DNA of 63,877 nt, counting the filler, from Reticulomyxa filosa (lineage: Eukaryota; Protista; Foraminifera): NCBI GenBank assembly GCA_000512085.1. It is 14 parts of 14 records of this genome, joined end to end, with 100 filler letters (N's around TTAATTAATTAA, not from the genome) between each part and the next. Parts side by side here need not be neighbours in the genome. Positions count along the whole stretch, not along the records: positions 37,262 to 42,803 come from ASPP01006871.1; positions 42,904 to 48,812 come from ASPP01026662.1; positions 48,913 to 55,694 come from ASPP01008322.1; 11 more parts are not named here. One strand, given 5' to 3'. Positions 40,266 to 52,415 of this stretch are shown piece after piece. Under the pieces are notes generated by a model, which saw only the letters and a program-made list of their open reading frames with translations, had not been told where the DNA came from and did no database searches. The first letter of the stretch is position 1. The number at the start of each line of letters is the position of its first letter. Both the position numbers and the translations under genes were made by a program.

Positions 40266-41149
40266 TCATTTTTTCTGTTATTTGTTTGCTTTATTGTTGT
40301 TGGTCCTTATTGTAAAAGCTTTATGTTCTTTTTGGTATGCTTCACTCTTTCTCGCTGTTTGTCCATCTTAATAACCGCAAAGAATTTTCACAATTTTAAC
40401 AGTGACTTGTGGGTTATGTTAAATTATGTCTTACGTTTGAAAGGCACTGCAGACCCACCTCTCTTCTCTTTTCAGAAAGATGATTATTCCATCCGGTAAG
40501 AAAAAATGTGATAAAAAGATAAAAATCTTATTTGTTTGATTAATTTGTAATTGTCGAAATGTATGTAAATTCAACAAATAAGCCAAAAAAACTTGAATAT
40601 GGAACCTGCAAAAAAAAGGACCAATGCTAGTTTTCAGATAATTCGAAAACTAAACACAAGGAATAGGGTTTATAGAAAACGCATAGCATTGTATTTACAG
40701 TACTCAGGTAAGGAGCAGAAATTTTTGCTTAATGGAGTTGCTCAAGTAACGCATTAGCTCTACAACCTCTAGTACAGCCCTTGATTTCAACAGATTGGCT
40801 CTTATGAGGAATAAACAAAACGAAGTAAACAACAAGAAATGGAATCAATCAACTAGTTAGGCATTTTTGCACTGATCTTTTTGGGTGCGAAGCAAAAAGA
40901 GAGTGGAAATTTAAAAAACACATGAATAATAGAGTGAAAGAAAAACTGTTTTTTGGAAAATGATCTCGTAAGCGACATGTTCATCAAGGATTGATTTAAC
41001 AATTATTGCATAATAAGTTTTGCTTTGTTTGTTAACTCACTGATTGCAATGTATATATGTCCAACTATTGCTCTCGTTTCTTTTTTGGCTGCAGCTCTCA
41101 CAAGTGAATTAAATGGTCCCACGAACACGAAGCAATTATATTATTTTCT

Positions 41150-41650
41150 GGTAAAAATTGTGCTTCACTGACGACACTTAAATGCATCTTGTGGCACTGG
41201 GATAATTTGTCATCGATTATTAACAAACAATAGATTTTTCAAAAGACGATTGTGTTTTGTCATCGTTTTCATGAGATAAAATTATTCGGCTGTGCAATAT
41301 TAAAGCTGAAAAGACGTCCAGAAAATGTCATTGATGCAATGTTTGCACACAATGGTCAAATTGTTATGCTTCTTGCATGATGGGACAATTGAAATGGAAT
41401 GTGCACTTCGGCCAAAAAGTAAGTGAATTAATGGGATATTTTGGTGATGTAACGAGTGCTCAATTTTTACCTGATGGTAATTTGGTCATGTTCAAAAAAA
41501 TCAAACATTTGAGCAGAGATGCAAGATCTGGAAATCAAATTCAATTGAAAGGGCGTTTTGGGTTTGTAGTGTCTTGATCTCTCAGCAGATGGAGTCACTA
41601 TTGCATCGTGTTCTTGTGATAAAACAATTCGATCACGAGAATATTGAAAA
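41150..41650 (+). pseudogene. WD40-repeat pseudogene remnant
   Basis: WNVHFGQKVSELMGYFGDVTSAQFLPDG and SADGVTIASCSCDKTIR are WD40 repeat segments interrupted by stops and indels. Confidence 0.75.
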
Positions 41651-42063
41651 AACAAGTGATACAGTAGGTTGCAAAGAAAATTGAACTAATTTTAAAACAA
41701 AACTAAAACATTTAGACAACATGATTTAGACTTTATTAAATATTTGATTCTGTAAAATATTTTTTTGTGTCAGTATCACAATAATAAAGATCGCAAGCCA
41801 AAAACAAAATATAAATACTTAAAGTAATTTTGACCTGTTTATTATTCAAAACAAAAAATTTGCAAACAAATTAATAAAAATTGAATATGGTGGTGCTATC
41901 AACAGACTGTTTCCCTTTTTTGGCCTGTGATCAGAAAAAAAGGGCAGGGAAGAGTGCATGAACTTCTGAGATACTTCTTTCGTGTAGAGCTTTATATTTG
42001 TTTGTTCGTGAAACATTTTTATTTTATGTTTTTCTTTGAACAAATAATTAGGGAAAAAAAAGG

Positions 42064-42750
42064 ATGGACGAACCGACAAAGGAACACAACAAAGACAAGA
42101 ACGATGAAGAAGACAAAGACAATGAAGATGATAAAGACGATGAAGACGCTGAAAACGAAAAAGATGAAGACAGCAAAGAAGAGAAAAGGAATGACTTACG
42201 TCTGAGAATGGCACTCAGAGGCTTAAAAAAATGTGTGAATGCTACAAAATCTGATAATCTTGATATGAAAATTTGGGGCGTTCGAGGGATACGTCAATTA
42301 CTATGTTCCTACGAGGAGATTCCGGTCAAAGAAGTGGTCGATACGGAAGTAGTTCCATTTTTGGTCAGTATTTTGTTTATAAAAGTCGAAAACAAAGATA
42401 AGTCGAGCAAAACGCCAGAAGAAATCAAAATACACAAATTGCAATTTGAAGCAGCATGGTATAGCTGTGCACTTACATCCTATCTTTTGCTCTCCTTTCC
42501 TCCTCCTTCTTCAAATCGGTTAATATACTATTGGTGTACATTGCTTATTTTTTTGCTTGGTGTTAGGTCATTGACCAACATTGCAGGTGGTGAGAGTCAA
42601 TATACTCTGAAGCTGGTGCAATTGGGGTGTGTGGAGGGTTTTGTGCAGTTGCTGAAAAGTGACGTCGATATTGAAATTGTCGACCATGTAATTTGGGGTT
42701 TAGGGAACATTGCCGGAGATTCTGCCGAACTGAGAGACAAAGTGTTACAT
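42064..42750 (+). CDS. Importin-alpha-like ARM protein, 5' part
   Basis: IRQLL...PVKEVVDTEVVPFLV; QFEAAW|SLTNIAGG; VIWGLGNIAGDSAELRDKVL. Truncated at the contig edge. Confidence 0.88.
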
Positions 42751-42803
42751 GTACCTAAATTTTTTTTTTTTTTTTTTTTTCTCCCTCTTTTTTTTTTTTT
42801 TTT

Positions 42804-42903
42804 NNNNNNNNNNNNNNNNNNNNNNNNNNNNNNNNNNNNNNNNNNNNTTAATTAATTAANNNNNNNNNNNNNNNNNNNNNNNNNNNNNNNNNNNNNNNNN
42901 NNN
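42804..42903. other. Artificial contig spacer
   Basis: Same 100-bp spacer. Confidence 0.97.
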
Positions 42904-42917
42904 AAAAAAAGGGGGGG

Positions 42918-42949
<32 letters not shown>

Positions 42950-42989
42950 ATTCATATGTGCAATGTATAAAACATATGCTATTCACACG

Positions 42990-43647
42990 TACCAAACCAA
43001 GTGCTTCTTTCAACCCGTCTTCGCCACAGCTTTGACGCTTAACTGCTTGCAAACTGTTTCATATTTTTATTTCAAACGTGTATACATATGCATATACATA
43101 ATATGGATAGGCTATGATCGAAAACTTTTTGTTCAGATTTTGTTGCTCATGAACAAGCAAACAAACAAAACATACCTCATTAGAGCCGCCAGATTGTATA
43201 AAATTGCAAGCTTCTCCAATTTGATGGAGAAATTGGATGATATTTTTTTTGGAATGTATGCGTCGCACCATCGAAATTCTATCATGACCGTTTGCACTTT
43301 GCTAAACCATCCTGAAGATGACTTTCCAAATGGAAAGCGCTTCTCTAACACACACAGGGTATTATAATATTGAATATGCTTTGGAATATCCGTTTTTGGA
43401 TTCGCCATTTTGTCTTCAATCATGCAATCTTTGCGCAATTGGTTAATTTCTTTCAATGTTGTATTTAGCTCTTCCAGTTTCGTCTTCCCATCTGAAAGAT
43501 AGGTGCAAGTATCACAGCGAAGTATGTTTTTTTTATTATTAGTAAAAACAAAATTGTGTATTTAGTCTCACATTGTGCCTTTATAAATTGAGCCAAGGGC
43601 TGTTCAAGATCAATGGGAAATGTCTTTTTGAAAAATGCTGATATCAT
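42990..43647 (-). CDS. BRO1-domain protein (ALIX/Bro1 family), 5' part
   Basis: MISAFFKKTFPIDLEQPLAQFIKAQ|YG...INQLR; YYNTLCVLEKRFP; FRWCDAY; LEKLAILYNLAAL. Confidence 0.88.
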
Positions 43648-44087
43648 TTTTACAGAATATTTGTTTCAAGGAGTTAAAAACTAAAAATATTGAAAAACAT
43701 TCCGACAACACCCCGTTCAGACAAAACGGATTGGAGAGTGATTCTACAACATTTGGGTCCCGATATCATTTTTTCAACAACAATCACCCTTGTCCACTTT
43801 TTGTTTTTCGAATATACAACAAGACTGCGTCAGTGGGTTTGTTCCACGATTGGAGATTGAAATTCAGACTATTCAACTGATAACAATGAGAGGCTCATTT
43901 TTCTTAAATCTTGTACTCAAAACAGCAACATAATATTTTTGGTAACAAAAACAAATAAAAGAGAAGCACACTCGCAACGTTTGTATTTCTCGCGTTTTTT
44001 ATATAAAAATTTGTAGTTTGTTTGTACATTTATTGAATGTAAAAATCCAGCGAGGGCGATGAAAAAGGTTGGTAAGATATATTCCGA

Positions 44088-47000
44088 TCAACCAATTTTC
44101 AAAGTCAAGCGTGCTTTTCTCGCCAACTTTTTTTGGTTTCGCCACAGTACATTCAATTCGGCCTTTTTCATAGGATCGATATCCAAAGTATCGATAGTGC
44201 GCATATCAAATTTTTGGCCTGTTTCGGGATCAAGCACAATGTTTTCATCAACCGCGGGTTTCACTTCTTCTTTCTTTTCGGCCTCAGGGGGAGCATCAGG
44301 TTTTTTATCAGAAGGTTTGGTATCCAAAGAGAACATTTCATCAACAGCTTTTTTTTCTTCAGCTTCGCTTTGTGTAGTGGCAGCTGAAGCCGAAGTGGAG
44401 GCAGCACCAGCACCAACACTGGCACTAACACTGGCACTAGCACTAGCACTAACACTGGCACTAGCACTAGCAGTACTTGTAGCAGTAGTAGATATCGTAA
44501 CCGGAACGCGAGTGACAGTAGGCCTTCGAGGCCTAGCAATGGCCTCAACTTTGGCTTCGTCAGCAACCTGTTTTTCTTCTTGAATTTGGATTTCAATATT
44601 GCTGTCTGCAGACACTTTTGGTTTAATGCCAACTTCGACTTTGGTGTCCATACTAATTCCATGGTCCTTAGCGTACTTTTCAATGCTGTCTTTGATGCGT
44701 TGCAGAATCATCTGTAATTTGTCATCTTTTTCTCCTTCGAGCGATGATACATGTCCAGACCCGACTCCCATATCGTCCGACCGTTCGTCTTCGTCGTAGT
44801 CTTTTCTGGACGCCTCTTTGTGTTCCGAGTCGTCTTTGGCAGCGCTGCTGTCGGCGGCGCCCGTTCCCGACGCCGACTTCAGTTTGTCCTTGTATCCATA
44901 GCGATCGTTGTATTGCTCCTCTCGAATGACATCGGTAATTTTTTTGATACCTTGGTAAGGGGTCCTTCCTTTCAAAAACTCTTCCAACATTTCTTTGGAC
45001 TTGACATTGAACATCTGTTCGATCTTTTGTAACGTCTGCGCCTTTCCGTCAGCCAAGTTCAGCACTTGTGCCAAATGTTCGGCAGTTCCAGCGGGGTCCA
45101 TAGCCAATCGGCCTTGCTCATGTCTGGGTAAGACTTGTTGTCGTTCGCGGTCTTCACTCTCTGCCTCTGTCTCATCTCCATTGTTCTCATCATCGTTGTT
45201 GTTATTATTATTATTATTATTGCTGCTATTGTTGTTATTGTCGTCATCGTCATCATCATTGTCACCATCATCGTCATCCCCTCCAGTGTCATCGTCTTCT
45301 CCTCCAGTATCGTCTTCATTGGTTGTTCTATCTTCCTCTTCGTCATCTTCTTTGCGCACCACGACGAGTTGCGCATCGTCATCTTCTTCCTCTTCTCGCA
45401 CTGGCTTGGGCTTGTTTGCTTCCAAGATACTCATGGCATCGAGATACATGGGCTTCTTTTTTTTATTTCCTTTTTCGCTACCACCGACTTGCTTGGATTT
45501 CTTTTTGCCCTTTCCTTTGCCCTTTTTCTTTTTTCTTTTCTTTTTTTTTTCTTGTCTTCCGACAACACGCTCAGAAATTGGACGTCGTTGAAGTATGTAT
45601 TCATTAGCAATGGAAAGTTCCTTCGCAGCATTTCCATGTCTGATTTGCTTTTGAAATCTTGATGGTCTTGACATTTGCGCAGTTTCGTTTGCATTTCTTC
45701 TAATCTTCGAATCAATCGATCCAAACGCTTTTCTTGCTTTTTGAAATGCCCATTGATCTCTTTCAGATTCTCCAAATGCGTCATGAAATACAAATTGGGC
45801 TTGTTAAACTTTTGATCTGTGTAATGATATTTGCTCACAATCACAGCTGCGTACTCTTCCAATTTCGTATGGTACAACGACTCATAATGCTTTTGCTGCA
45901 CTTCGTACTCGCGCAATTGCAACTCGTGACTCGTAATTGTTCGCGTGATTTCGTCCAACTCTCGCACACGCTTGCGGATACGTAGCTGAATGCTACTCAG
46001 GTCCTGTCGATAGATTTGCTGCTGGAGTATGCTGTCGTTCCACTCCTTTCGGGCTTTCAACGTGTGGAAATAACGGTCTTGCATCACTTTGATTTCCTTC
46101 AGGATTTGGATCGAATTGCTTGCGTTCCAGCGCACTGCGTCGGGATATCGCTTCAGCACGTATTTGTGCACTTCGTCTTTCACAAAGGCGTCGTCAAAGA
46201 TTTTCTTTCCCGACGTGTCGTTGGTGTCATCAATTTCAAACACATCCTTCAGCTCATGAATCAGACTATTTCTTTCGTCTTTCAACTGTTCATATTCGCG
46301 AACAGTTTCACCTTTCGTTCAAAGTGTGATAATATATATGTGTATGTATGTATGTTGTGATTCACTTAATTAATTGCACATATTATACATATAACATACA
46401 TATATGTTATACGTATACACATATATGTTATACGTATAACATGACATAAGACTAAACCAATTTTTTTTTTAATGATTGCGAGGAACCACAAATCCCAAAA
46501 CAATCTCGCACTTGTCCATAAACTACTTCTGAAATCATCTGGCCAATAGATTTGCGACTCCAGCAAATTAATGAGCAACTGCTGTTCATTGCAGCGAAGC
46601 AGATTCAAAAAGTGATTGCATGTGATATAGTCATAAAAGTACTTTTTCAAATTGAACTTGTTCAGCCCTGGCAATTTCAAGCTCAACAGCCACTGATACA
46701 AATCGTTGTAGCACCACTCGAACACGGGTTTGTCGGACAAGCACTCCTTCAAAGTGTGTACCACATAAGGATTTTCTTGCATCGTGAAGATGGTATCGTC
46801 GATCATAACCACTTTGTCTTTGTTTCGAAAAGCGTCGGCTGGCATACCATTGTTGTTGTTGTTGTTGTCATTGTTATTGTAATTATTGTCCATGGGCAAT
46901 GGAAAGTCGATTTCAGTGGCAGCATTTAAATTTTTTTTTTCTTCTTCCAATTGCAAATTGGCCTTGCGTTCGTTTGCGATAATTTGTTCCCTTTCGCGCT

Positions 47001-48756
47001 CTTTCTTCAATTGGTCCACTTTGTCTCCGCGATAATTGCCAAACTCGTCATACAAATCCAGCGTGTTGACATAATAGTCGACCCCTCCTGTTCCTCCGAC
47101 GCCGCCTCCACCGGTCCCGTTTCCGCCCTCTCCCATGTTGAGATCGCTGCTGTTCTCACTCAGCAGCAATCCCGTGTCCGTATCGTCTTCGTCTTCGTCG
47201 AGCATGTCCAATCCCATCATTCGCGACACCGCCGTTTTCATTGTGTGCGTACTTCGACGATCGTCTTCAATGTCTATATCGTTCTCTTCCATTTCGATTT
47301 CCAATTCTTCTACGTCAATGCTTTTGCCGACCACGCCCAGCGCTTTTTTCCCGTATTTCGTTGGGATTACTCGTCGACGTTTCTTACTTCGGCTTTGCTT
47401 GCTGGCTTTTTCCGCCCCACTTTTCATCAGTTCCTGTTGCGCGCTGGCATCAATCAGAGTTGCCGTAAAATCATTGAAATGTGGGTAATTGTCATTTTGT
47501 ACATCTTGCGTGTAATGCTATCAAAACAAGTACAAAGGAAGAAGCTGGAGTGAGTGAGTGAGAAAAGGAAGAATAGAGTCAATGAATTAAAAAAAAAAAA
47601 AACTTTGGGATGCCCCCCGTGATAATTCTTATCAGTCCAACTGGCTGCATTACTGTCCATATACAAATCATACGACTTTTCTTCTTGCTCAATTTTGCGA
47701 CGCAGGTTTTTATCAAAGGAATCCATACCCGCCATTCCTTGCACAGGTATAATCAAGTTGCGCGAGACATATTTTTTGCCCATCAAGTACTCCCCAATCA
47801 ACACACACTTGACTATCCAAAATTGCTCGGGCGTATTTTGCTTTGGCCACACTGCTTGAAAAAAGTTTTGAATGGACTTCCAAGTGGAGTTCAAATACTT
47901 TGCTGCAGGAGGATCGTCTGCAAATTAGAAAATCAAACCCAAAAAATTTGAGTAAAAAAAAAAAAAAAAAAATAGACTAACACATAATAGCAATCAAATC
48001 ATTAGAAAAAGAAGAAATATGAAAAGTAGTAGTTATACGTAACGGGCCATTTTCTCAATGTAATATTTCAAACAAAAGCAAGCCATTTCAGTTAATGGAT
48101 GATGTTTGCGATTACTGTACACGCGATTGTACCAATCCAAGCATGTCGTTACCAGTTCTCCTTCTGTTCAAAGTTTGTACATGTGTGGATGTTATGTGGT
48201 ATATTATATTATATTATATTTTGAATTGACTTTTGACTCTACCTTTGACTCTTTTTTTTTTGTAAAACCAACGGGGTTCAATTGTAAAAAAATTGATATA
48301 TACATATATCAATACATATAAGTATATATTTATGTAATGTTATGAAAATAAGAAACTTGGATCTTTGGTGCAAACGATAATGTTTCTCAAAACGTGCGCG
48401 ACTGGTGTCAACAACGAAACTTGACTGATAGTGGTGATGTTTTCAACTGACTTCATAACGTATTCCACGTCCTTATGTGACAGATAGCCCGGACACGCGG
48501 TGTAAATGTAAGACAGCAGATACAATGCTGCCACCACCACATTGTCTGCTGGACATCGCAAATACTCGCACACGATCTTGACGATGGTGCTCAAGGACTT
48601 GCTGTCCATTTTCCCAATCTTTTTCATATGTGTCACCAGACAGCCAATGCTACAAAATAACGGAAACGCGTCGTCGATTTTTATATTGTTTATTTTGTTC
48701 TCCACAAATACCAAACTATGGTTCAATCGGACATCTTTCAAATCTCTCATATCCAT
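44088..48756 (-). CDS. Large multi-exon protein: ARM/HEAT-like region, SAM-like domain, coiled coil and acidic/low-complexity tail
   Basis: Exons at about 48756-48360, 48175-48040, 47918-47606, 47550-46465 and 46325-44088. SAM-like VFEWCYNDLYQWLLSLKLPGLN. One frameshift in the A-run near 45545. Joining all exons into one gene is inferred from splice sites. Confidence 0.6.
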
Positions 48757-48812
48757 CTGAACACTACTGTACCTTACGAGTGTAAAATGAGGAGGAGTTT
48801 GCTATTGTTTTT

Positions 48813-48912
48813 NNNNNNNNNNNNNNNNNNNNNNNNNNNNNNNNNNNNNNNNNNNNTTAATTAATTAANNNNNNNNNNNNNNNNNNNNNNNNNNNNNNNN
48901 NNNNNNNNNNNN
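48813..48912. other. Artificial contig spacer
   Basis: Same 100-bp spacer. Confidence 0.97.
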
Positions 48913-51900
48913 ACAACAGGCACAACAAATACAGCAACAACAACAACAACAGCAACAGCAACAACAACAACAACGACGACGACGACGACGATTGCCACAA
49001 AAAGACGTATACCCGATCCGAGAGCGTTTTACAAGTCTGAAAAACGGACGCTGAACGAGTTTGTAACCAACAACTCGCACAGCAAAGTGAAAAGCATCCA
49101 CAAGTATACACCACCCGATCAGATGGACTTTCTGTGGAATAGCAACGACCGCCTGCGTGCGCAATATACGCACTATTGCAATGCGTTTGCAAAGGAACTG
49201 ATCGAATGCGAGAAGATCGAAATGGAAATGCTCCGATACAACGAACCCGAACCCGAGAAAATAACCATCAAGGATTGGACGTGGGGATACCCTGGGGACT
49301 CGCTCAAGTTCATCGATCCGCGACTGCGCGAAAACGACTCGGAATGGGTGTTTGTGAAACATTTGAAACGCTTTGGCTTGTCCTTGCAAGAGCGACAAGA
49401 TCGTTTTTTAGAGCTTTATGACATCTTCAAATGCAACGACAAACACTTGAAGCATCTGGCGACGCCCACGGTCATTGGCACCCCGGTCGACCTGTTCACA
49501 CTCTATCGCTGCATTGTCAAAAACGGGGGGTTCGGCAGGTGTCTGAAGAGAGCCATCATTTGGAAGAAGTGCGGCTTTGAGCTGCTCTTGTTGCATGGCA
49601 CGACCGAAACCATGTATTATCAACTGCGATGCATTTACTTCAAGTACTTGTTTCCATTCGAAACCATTTATCAAGTCGTCAAAAGCACGGAGCAAAATAA
49701 GCCACTACCGAATCTGTGGACCCCTGTGGATAGTTTGAAAACAGTCTTATCGTTTCAAGACGATTTCCTTCCACCCATTGTCTCGACTTCTTCGTCTTTA
49801 TCATCATCATCATCATCATCATCATCATCTTCTTCTTCTTCTTCTTCTTCTGGGCTTCCAGTGGAACGAAATGGCCACTATTCCATGTCCATCCTTCATC
49901 CCAATAAACGGCCCAGAATTGATAAACAATGGCACAGCACTCTGCCCAATCACAAAGATTTAATTCGTGCTGCCATCTCCTCTTCTGTAACTGTGTCTGC
50001 AGCTGCAACTGCAGCTGCGTCGGCGTCCATTTCTGATGTCGACTCCAAGAAAAAACATGTTGCGCTGACCAGCCACATTTGTGTGGACAAACACTCGTCC
50101 AGATTCTATAACTCGTACTGGAATGGCTTCGACAATCTCAAGGCCATCTTGCTTTCCTTGCAATCGCAGATCACTACTGACGTCCATTGGGCTCTCAATC
50201 GCTTACTCTTCTTGTCGTACCAAACGCAGCCGATGAAAGAGCCCTTAATCATTCGACATGTCGGAAGCGATTTGATTCAGGCTCTTGTGCGTCTTCTCCC
50301 GTTCTGTTCCTATGACATGCTGCTGCCGTGCTTGCCTGGAGACTATGCTCTATGGAAAAAATACCAAATCCATCAACACCAACTCACATTGTCCAATTTG
50401 CCCAAATTCGTCTCTTCCAAAATGGAACGGCTCGTCGAAAAAGTTGCTAAAATGATCGATGAGTTGTTTGGAAGGCATTTAGGAGAGCATATTGAAACTC
50501 AATACTTGTTCAGAACATTATACATATGCATATGTTTTTATATTTATATTTATATTTATGTTTATTTATTTATTCTTTTGTTTGAAATTTTTTTTTTTTT
50601 TTATTTTTAATTTCAAACAACTCTTTAACAGTGGAGACAGTGGGCCGATTGACAAAAATCTGTTGTATGTAAATCGCCAGTCGTTAAATGATATAATGGA
50701 CCCAAGCTTAACTCGAATCGTTTTGAGGATTTTAAGCAACTTGTCCTTGACGAGTGACAATCAATTGATAATGATAACACACCCTTTTTTACTTCCTTAC
50801 TTGGTCGAACTGTGCTTGCGGGGGGACATTGTGCGCAATACCGATTGCAATTTCATGAACACCACTGAATATCAAAGTCGCTATGACGAAATACACATTG
50901 ACGCGTTGTCCATTATTGCGCATCTCAGCAGCAAAATGAATTTACTCCGGTGGTACGGTAACGAAAATGAAGAAGATATCGAAGATGAACTAGCTCCAAA
51001 TCAAGCTGCTCGTGAATCGTCGCCGGAAGACATTGCATGGAGCAAGCATTTTTATTTGTCTAAAAAATTTATTGATCGCTTGTTTACTTTGATTGAAAAA
51101 GTTGGGTTAATATAATTTATGCAATCCATTTTTTTTTTTTTTTATGTCTTTCTCTTCTTAAAGGACACATGTGTGAATGTAATGCAAAAGGGAGTGTCGC
51201 TGGGATGTGGCGTGGATTATTGTGAAATCAAGCAAGACATGATGAAGTACTCTCTGCAGATCATCACATCGATTGCAGCCAATCCCAACAACCACCAAAT
51301 ACTGAAAGAACATATATCCCTTGAAATATTAGCGTCACACTTTGAATCAAATCATGAAAGATGTGATCCCGAAAATGTCAATGACATCACATTTAAGCAT
51401 CGTATTCCAAAAATGGAACACTTGTCTTTACACGCGAACATTCCAACCTTTGATCAAGCTGTAAAGCTCATTAAAACAACTTCCAATCAAAGCGATCCTT
51501 TCATTAAAAAAGACATTGAAAATTTTCCACCAGTTGAAATTTGTTCAAATAATACTGACGAGAACAAAGTGCAGCAAACAAGTTTGTGAGAGAGATCAAC
51601 ACAAAACAGAAAATAAAAAACAAAGAAAATAAAACGAGTCTTTTTTTTTCCCTTCCTTTTTCGCGTTTGTTCATGTGTCATCCCTTCCCAAAAGCAAACA
51701 AAATGGATGTTGACAACGAAAATGAAAGTGAAATGAAACATCCCAAGACTGAAAATGCCGAAGAAGAAAATGAAAAAAGTGTCAATGTCAACACTAATTC
51801 CAAATTGGAAAAAGAGAGCAGAAGCGAACGGAGAAAATATCGTTTGCTGACGCCTATTGCAACAATGATTGGGTACCAGCGTGATGAAAGTATTAAATTG

Positions 51901-52233
51901 TATAGTGTAGAGGCATTGATATACTTGTGCGAAAATGTACGAGAATTTGCTTTTGTAGTTTTGCAAAATGACGAATTATTGTCAGATTTATGTGATATTT
52001 TAACATATGGCCACAGACAAAGCTTAGGCAAAGAGCCTAGAAATGCAGGTTATGGTGTACAATTGATGCGATCTTGTGCCTACGCATTAGCACTGCTATG
52101 GAAATTGTGTGTCGAACAAGATATATTACGAAATAAATTGCGGAGATACAGTAATCGTATTTTTGAAGGATCAGCACAATGTCATGATATTGCATGCTAT
52201 TGCGTACATTTGTCTCAATTGGTCCATGATTAA
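48913..52233 (+). CDS. ARID-domain SWI/SNF subunit (ARID1/Swi1- or ARID2/Rsc9-like), 5'-partial
   Basis: ARID at about 49390-49665 (PVDLFTLYRCIVKNGGF...W...LRCIYFKYLFPFE). LLSLQSQITTDVHWALNRLLFLS and ILSNLSLTSDNQLIMITHP match the BAF250/Rsc9 armadillo region. Confidence 0.85.
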
Positions 52234-52415
52234 TTGGAGAAGCACACATTGTTTTGTTATAAAATTTAAAAAGTTGGTTGAACACTGGAAATGTATCCAA
52301 TCTTCAAATTTTTATTTCCCCTTCCCCTTTGTATCACCACACAATTTAAACACTCAAACTTCATTTATCAAAATTTAATTGAAATAAAAAAAAAGTCACT
52401 AATAATGTCTTTTCT

